DNA from: Opitutales bacterium
GTDB taxonomy: Bacteria > Verrucomicrobiota > Verrucomicrobiia > Opitutales > Seribacteraceae
Assembly: GCA_038105525.1 (NCBI GenBank)
Contig: JAYOCQ010000008.1
Location: 10,509-74,508 of the forward strand
Length of the DNA stretch: 64,000 nt
Direction: 5' to 3'
Position numbers and translations under genes: made by a program. Positions 61,214 to 64,000 of this stretch are shown here, piece after piece. A model generated the notes under the pieces. That model was not told the DNA's origin and did no database searches. It saw only the letters and a program-made list of their open reading frames with translations. Positions within the stretch are counted from its first letter, which is position 1, and each line of letters begins with the position of its first letter.

Positions 61214-63082
61214 TCATGGAATCATCGAAAGCGAGGTACCTGGCAAATCAGCCTTGTCGAGCTCCGGATAACAAACCATGAAATTGTTTTCGTCGATAAG
61301 GTTGAACGCATAGTGGGTGACCTTGGGAGGCAGAGTCGCCTCCACTCTTGCCGCATTCTTTTCATGGGCAGGGATGATCTTTGCTTCCAAGGGAAACCAT
61401 TCGCTGTCCTTGCTTTCGCCATTGAAAGAGTAAATTACTCTGGCTTGCACCAGTTTTGCCCCATTTTCCCGGTATCGCAAACGTACCCGTCGGTTGGTTC
61501 GCTGCTGATCAATCACCGATACAAATTTTCCCGCACCAGGCATTTTCACATTCGTGCAACTTGGATTGTAATTGGTCATCCCTGCATTCATTCCCTTTAA
61601 AAAAGCGAGCAGTTCTTCGGTCATCTCTTGGGTAAGCTTCGGCCTTTCCGTACTGAGATCCTTGGCCTCTTCCCAGTCCACCCGCTTGCCCGAAGCATCA
61701 GATAGTTGGTAAAGTTCGACGCGCTGCCTCTCATAGGGATGATTGTAAATCAATTTATACCCATTTTTAAGGTGGGCGGATTGCTGGCAGTATCCATTGG
61801 GAAAATGCCAGAACATCGACTCTCTCCGCTTTTTCGTCCTTGGATCGAGAACCTTGTCCCCATCGGTTGGATCCTCTCGGAGCAAGACACCCAAGTCACT
61901 CCCGTCCAAAATCTGCTTGGCGGAATCAGGGGCGCCTGCCCACCCTAGGATCGTGGGATAAAAATCGAGCCCGTTGACCACCACCTCGCTCCTTACCCCA
62001 CTGGCGATCCCAGGACCGGAGATGAGGAAGGGCACGCGTATTCCACCCTCGCGGACGTGAATCTTGCCCTTGTCCAGAGGATAATTGTCCGTAAAGACGA
62101 AACTGGAATATCCTTCCATTCCGCCATTATCCGAGGAAAACAAGACAAAGGTGTTTTCGATCAGCTTATGCCCCGGCCATCTGGGATCTTCGGTCTCTTC
62201 CAAATACCCGATTAACTTGCCCACGTAATAATCGAGTGTTTCCACCATCGAACAGTAGTATGGGTTGCGTTGCCCCTCCAACGTCCAGCCCTTGGGATCC
62301 TTGGGGAAATCAACACCCAGTTTCCCGCAGTACTTTTCGAGTAGCTGTTTGCTCCTTGTCTGGATGGGTGTATGCACCAACCAGCTTGCGTAATAAAGAA
62401 ACACGGGATCCTCTTTGTTTTCAGAAAGAAAACGCAGGGCTTCTTCCGTCACGTGATCCCGCGGATATCCATTCTCATCCAATCGGTAAGGGTCCTTCTC
62501 TTCCCTCGTGGCAAATCCTTCCAAGCGGTTGGGCATCCCATTCTGCACTCCTCTTGCCTGCGAATTCCCGTGATAGTGACTGGAAAAATCAAAGCCTTCG
62601 TCAACCGGCTGAGGAAAGGCGTAATGATTTGCCGCAATGTGCCACTTGCCGACGTGACCGGTTTTATATCCGTTTGATTTGAGAGCCTCTGCAATCGTCA
62701 CGTTCTTTGTGTCCATCCCCCCTCTGCACCAAGGCGAGATAAAGGAATTCTGAGGATGATGAGGCATGGGCGGTTTGCCCGATGCCACCGTAGTGCTCAT
62801 GGTTCGGGCAGGATGTTTTCCGCTCATGATCGCGCACCGACTTGGGCTACACACCGGGGAAGGCGAATATCCATTGGTAAAAAGCACTCCCCTTTTAGCC
62901 AGTTTATCGATATTGGGTGTCTCGTAAGGGCAAGGCTCATCCACGTCATAACTGACCACGTCCTGCCAGCCAAGGTCATCCACCAGCATGAGCAGAACGT
63001 TGGGTTTTTCCGGGCGGACGGACTGCCCGATCAGGCCATTGGCCAGCCCTGAGAATAAAATCAAACTAATTGCTTTCTTCAT
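61214..63082 (-). CDS. Formylglycine-dependent sulfatase (S1 family), secreted
   Basis: Signal peptide; KPNVLL..VDDLGW, CSPSRCAIMSG signature, GKWH, SSDNGG and GK...EGGIRVP. Confidence 0.95.
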   Translation of the reverse strand: MKKAISLILFSGLANGLIGQSVRPEKPNVLLMLVDDLGWQDVVSYDVDEPCPYETPNIDKLAKRGVLFTNGYSPSPVCSPSRCAIMSGKHPARTMSTTVASGKPPMPHHPQNSFISPWCRGGMDTKNVTIAEALKSNGYKTGHVGKWHIAANHYAFPQPVDEGFDFSSHYHGNSQARGVQNGMPNRLEGFATREEKDPYRLDENGYPRDHVTEEALRFLSENKEDPVFLYYASWLVHTPIQTRSKQLLEKYCGKLGVDFPKDPKGWTLEGQRNPYYCSMVETLDYYVGKLIGYLEETEDPRWPGHKLIENTFVLFSSDNGGMEGYSSFVFTDNYPLDKGKIHVREGGIRVPFLISGPGIASGVRSEVVVNGLDFYPTILGWAGAPDSAKQILDGSDLGVLLREDPTDGDKVLDPRTKKRRESMFWHFPNGYCQQSAHLKNGYKLIYNHPYERQRVELYQLSDASGKRVDWEEAKDLSTERPKLTQEMTEELLAFLKGMNAGMTNYNPSCTNVKMPGAGKFVSVIDQQRTNRRVRLRYRENGAKLVQARVIYSFNGESKDSEWFPLEAKIIPAHEKNAARVEATLPPKVTHYAFNLIDENNFMVCYPELDKADLPGTSLSMIP

Positions 63083-63999
63083 CTTTGTCTTCTACCCCTG
63101 CCCATTTTCGCGGGTATGAAATCCACCCGGGTAAATTTGTTCAGTCGGGGAATCCTGACCGTCAGGGCACCGTCTTTTACCTGGTAGGGGCCCAGTTCCA
63201 TAAGCTCGACTTTCTCATCTTCACCTGTGGCAGGATTGATGTTCTTGGTGACGACGTCCACCTTGTAAAAAGCTCCATTCTTAAAACCCTCTCCCCGAAA
63301 TGAGTGGCGGGACTTGGAATGATTGAAGCGCTTTCCTTCTTGTACAGTCGCAGGAATACTAACTTCTGCCGGAGTCTTGCCCGAACCACCGCTTGAATAA
63401 ATCAGGTTGGTAAACTTCCTTTGGGTACGGTTCCATGTCGATACCCGGTAGCGTTCGTTACCGGTAAATCCCTGTCCGGAAACAATCAGATCATTGCCCA
63501 CCTCCCCAGCCAGGGCGTGGCGAATGACTTCATCGCGTCCGCCGCCTGCCTGAGAAAACCATCGCCAAACGTAGAACATCAAGTGATTGGGGTCCGACGG
63601 AACCTGATAATCGTCGATCGTGAAAATTTCTCCCTGCCCGTCCGACACCTTGAAATCATTGTCTCCCCCGCGCAGGGAAACCTTGCGGGTGATCACCGCC
63701 GGTCCGCCATCACTAGCGGGAATAACCAGATCGGGACGCAATTCCCCCACCCGGCCGTTGTAATCCCTCCTCTTGGTCAACCCCATTGACCAGGGACTCT
63801 CATTGTCGGTCCACAAAAAATTCATCACGTTCATCCCGCGCTCCATACACTTACCCATCAGCGTGAGGATTTTGCAAAAGCTATCGATTTCATTTCTAAT
63901 CCCGTCTCCATTGACATCCGCGCTTAGCACCATTGCGCCCAAGTTGCCATCATCCCAGTTTACCCAGGCCTCAGCCGAGACGATCGGTTTCCACCAATA
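63079..63999 (-). CDS. Hypothetical protein, C-terminal part only (5' end beyond window)
   Basis: Frame is open to the window end (YWWKPIVSAEAWVNWDDG...). The stop overlaps the sulfatase start (ATGA), suggesting translational coupling. No family recognised. Confidence 0.7.
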   Translation of the reverse strand, partial: YWWKPIVSAEAWVNWDDGNLGAMVLSADVNGDGIRNEIDSFCKILTLMGKCMERGMNVMNFLWTDNESPWSMGLTKRRDYNGRVGELRPDLVIPASDGGPAVITRKVSLRGGDNDFKVSDGQGEIFTIDDYQVPSDPNHLMFYVWRWFSQAGGGRDEVIRHALAGEVGNDLIVSGQGFTGNERYRVSTWNRTQRKFTNLIYSSGGSGKTPAEVSIPATVQEGKRFNHSKSRHSFRGEGFKNGAFYKVDVVTKNINPATGEDEKVELMELGPYQVKDGALTVRIPRLNKFTRVDFIPAKMGRGRRQR

Positions 64000-64000
64000 T

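Overview
Bacterial chromosomal window, inferred to be from Verrucomicrobiota (Opitutales-like) because of a TIGR02597-like gene, a Verrucomicrobia-type C-terminal motif, and sulfatase/PQQ-propeller content. About 72% of the window is one uninterrupted 46.2 kb ORF (7070..53260, 15,396 aa), a giant secreted lectin/adhesin-like surface protein. It is followed by an exported rhodanese and a TIGR02597-like protein, apparently in the same operon. The flanks are ordinary: partial metF, a parvulin PPIase, a Fur-family regulator with nadA, a response regulator, an alpha/beta hydrolase and a DUF3127 gene on the left; priA, a PQQ-type beta-propeller, an RCK-gated K+ channel, a sulfatase and a partial hypothetical gene on the right. 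Two signals stand out. (1) The giant protein and its TIGR02597-like neighbour are strongly enriched in D/E-X-N-X-S/T sequons (about 94 and 9 by hand count), the extended sequon of PglB-type bacterial N-glycosylation. (2) The giant protein's domains are nested inside one another up to four levels deep, implying a branched architecture built by repeated in-frame domain insertion. No rRNA, tRNA, CRISPR array or mobile element was seen. Domain calls and counts were made by eye and internal boundaries are approximate.
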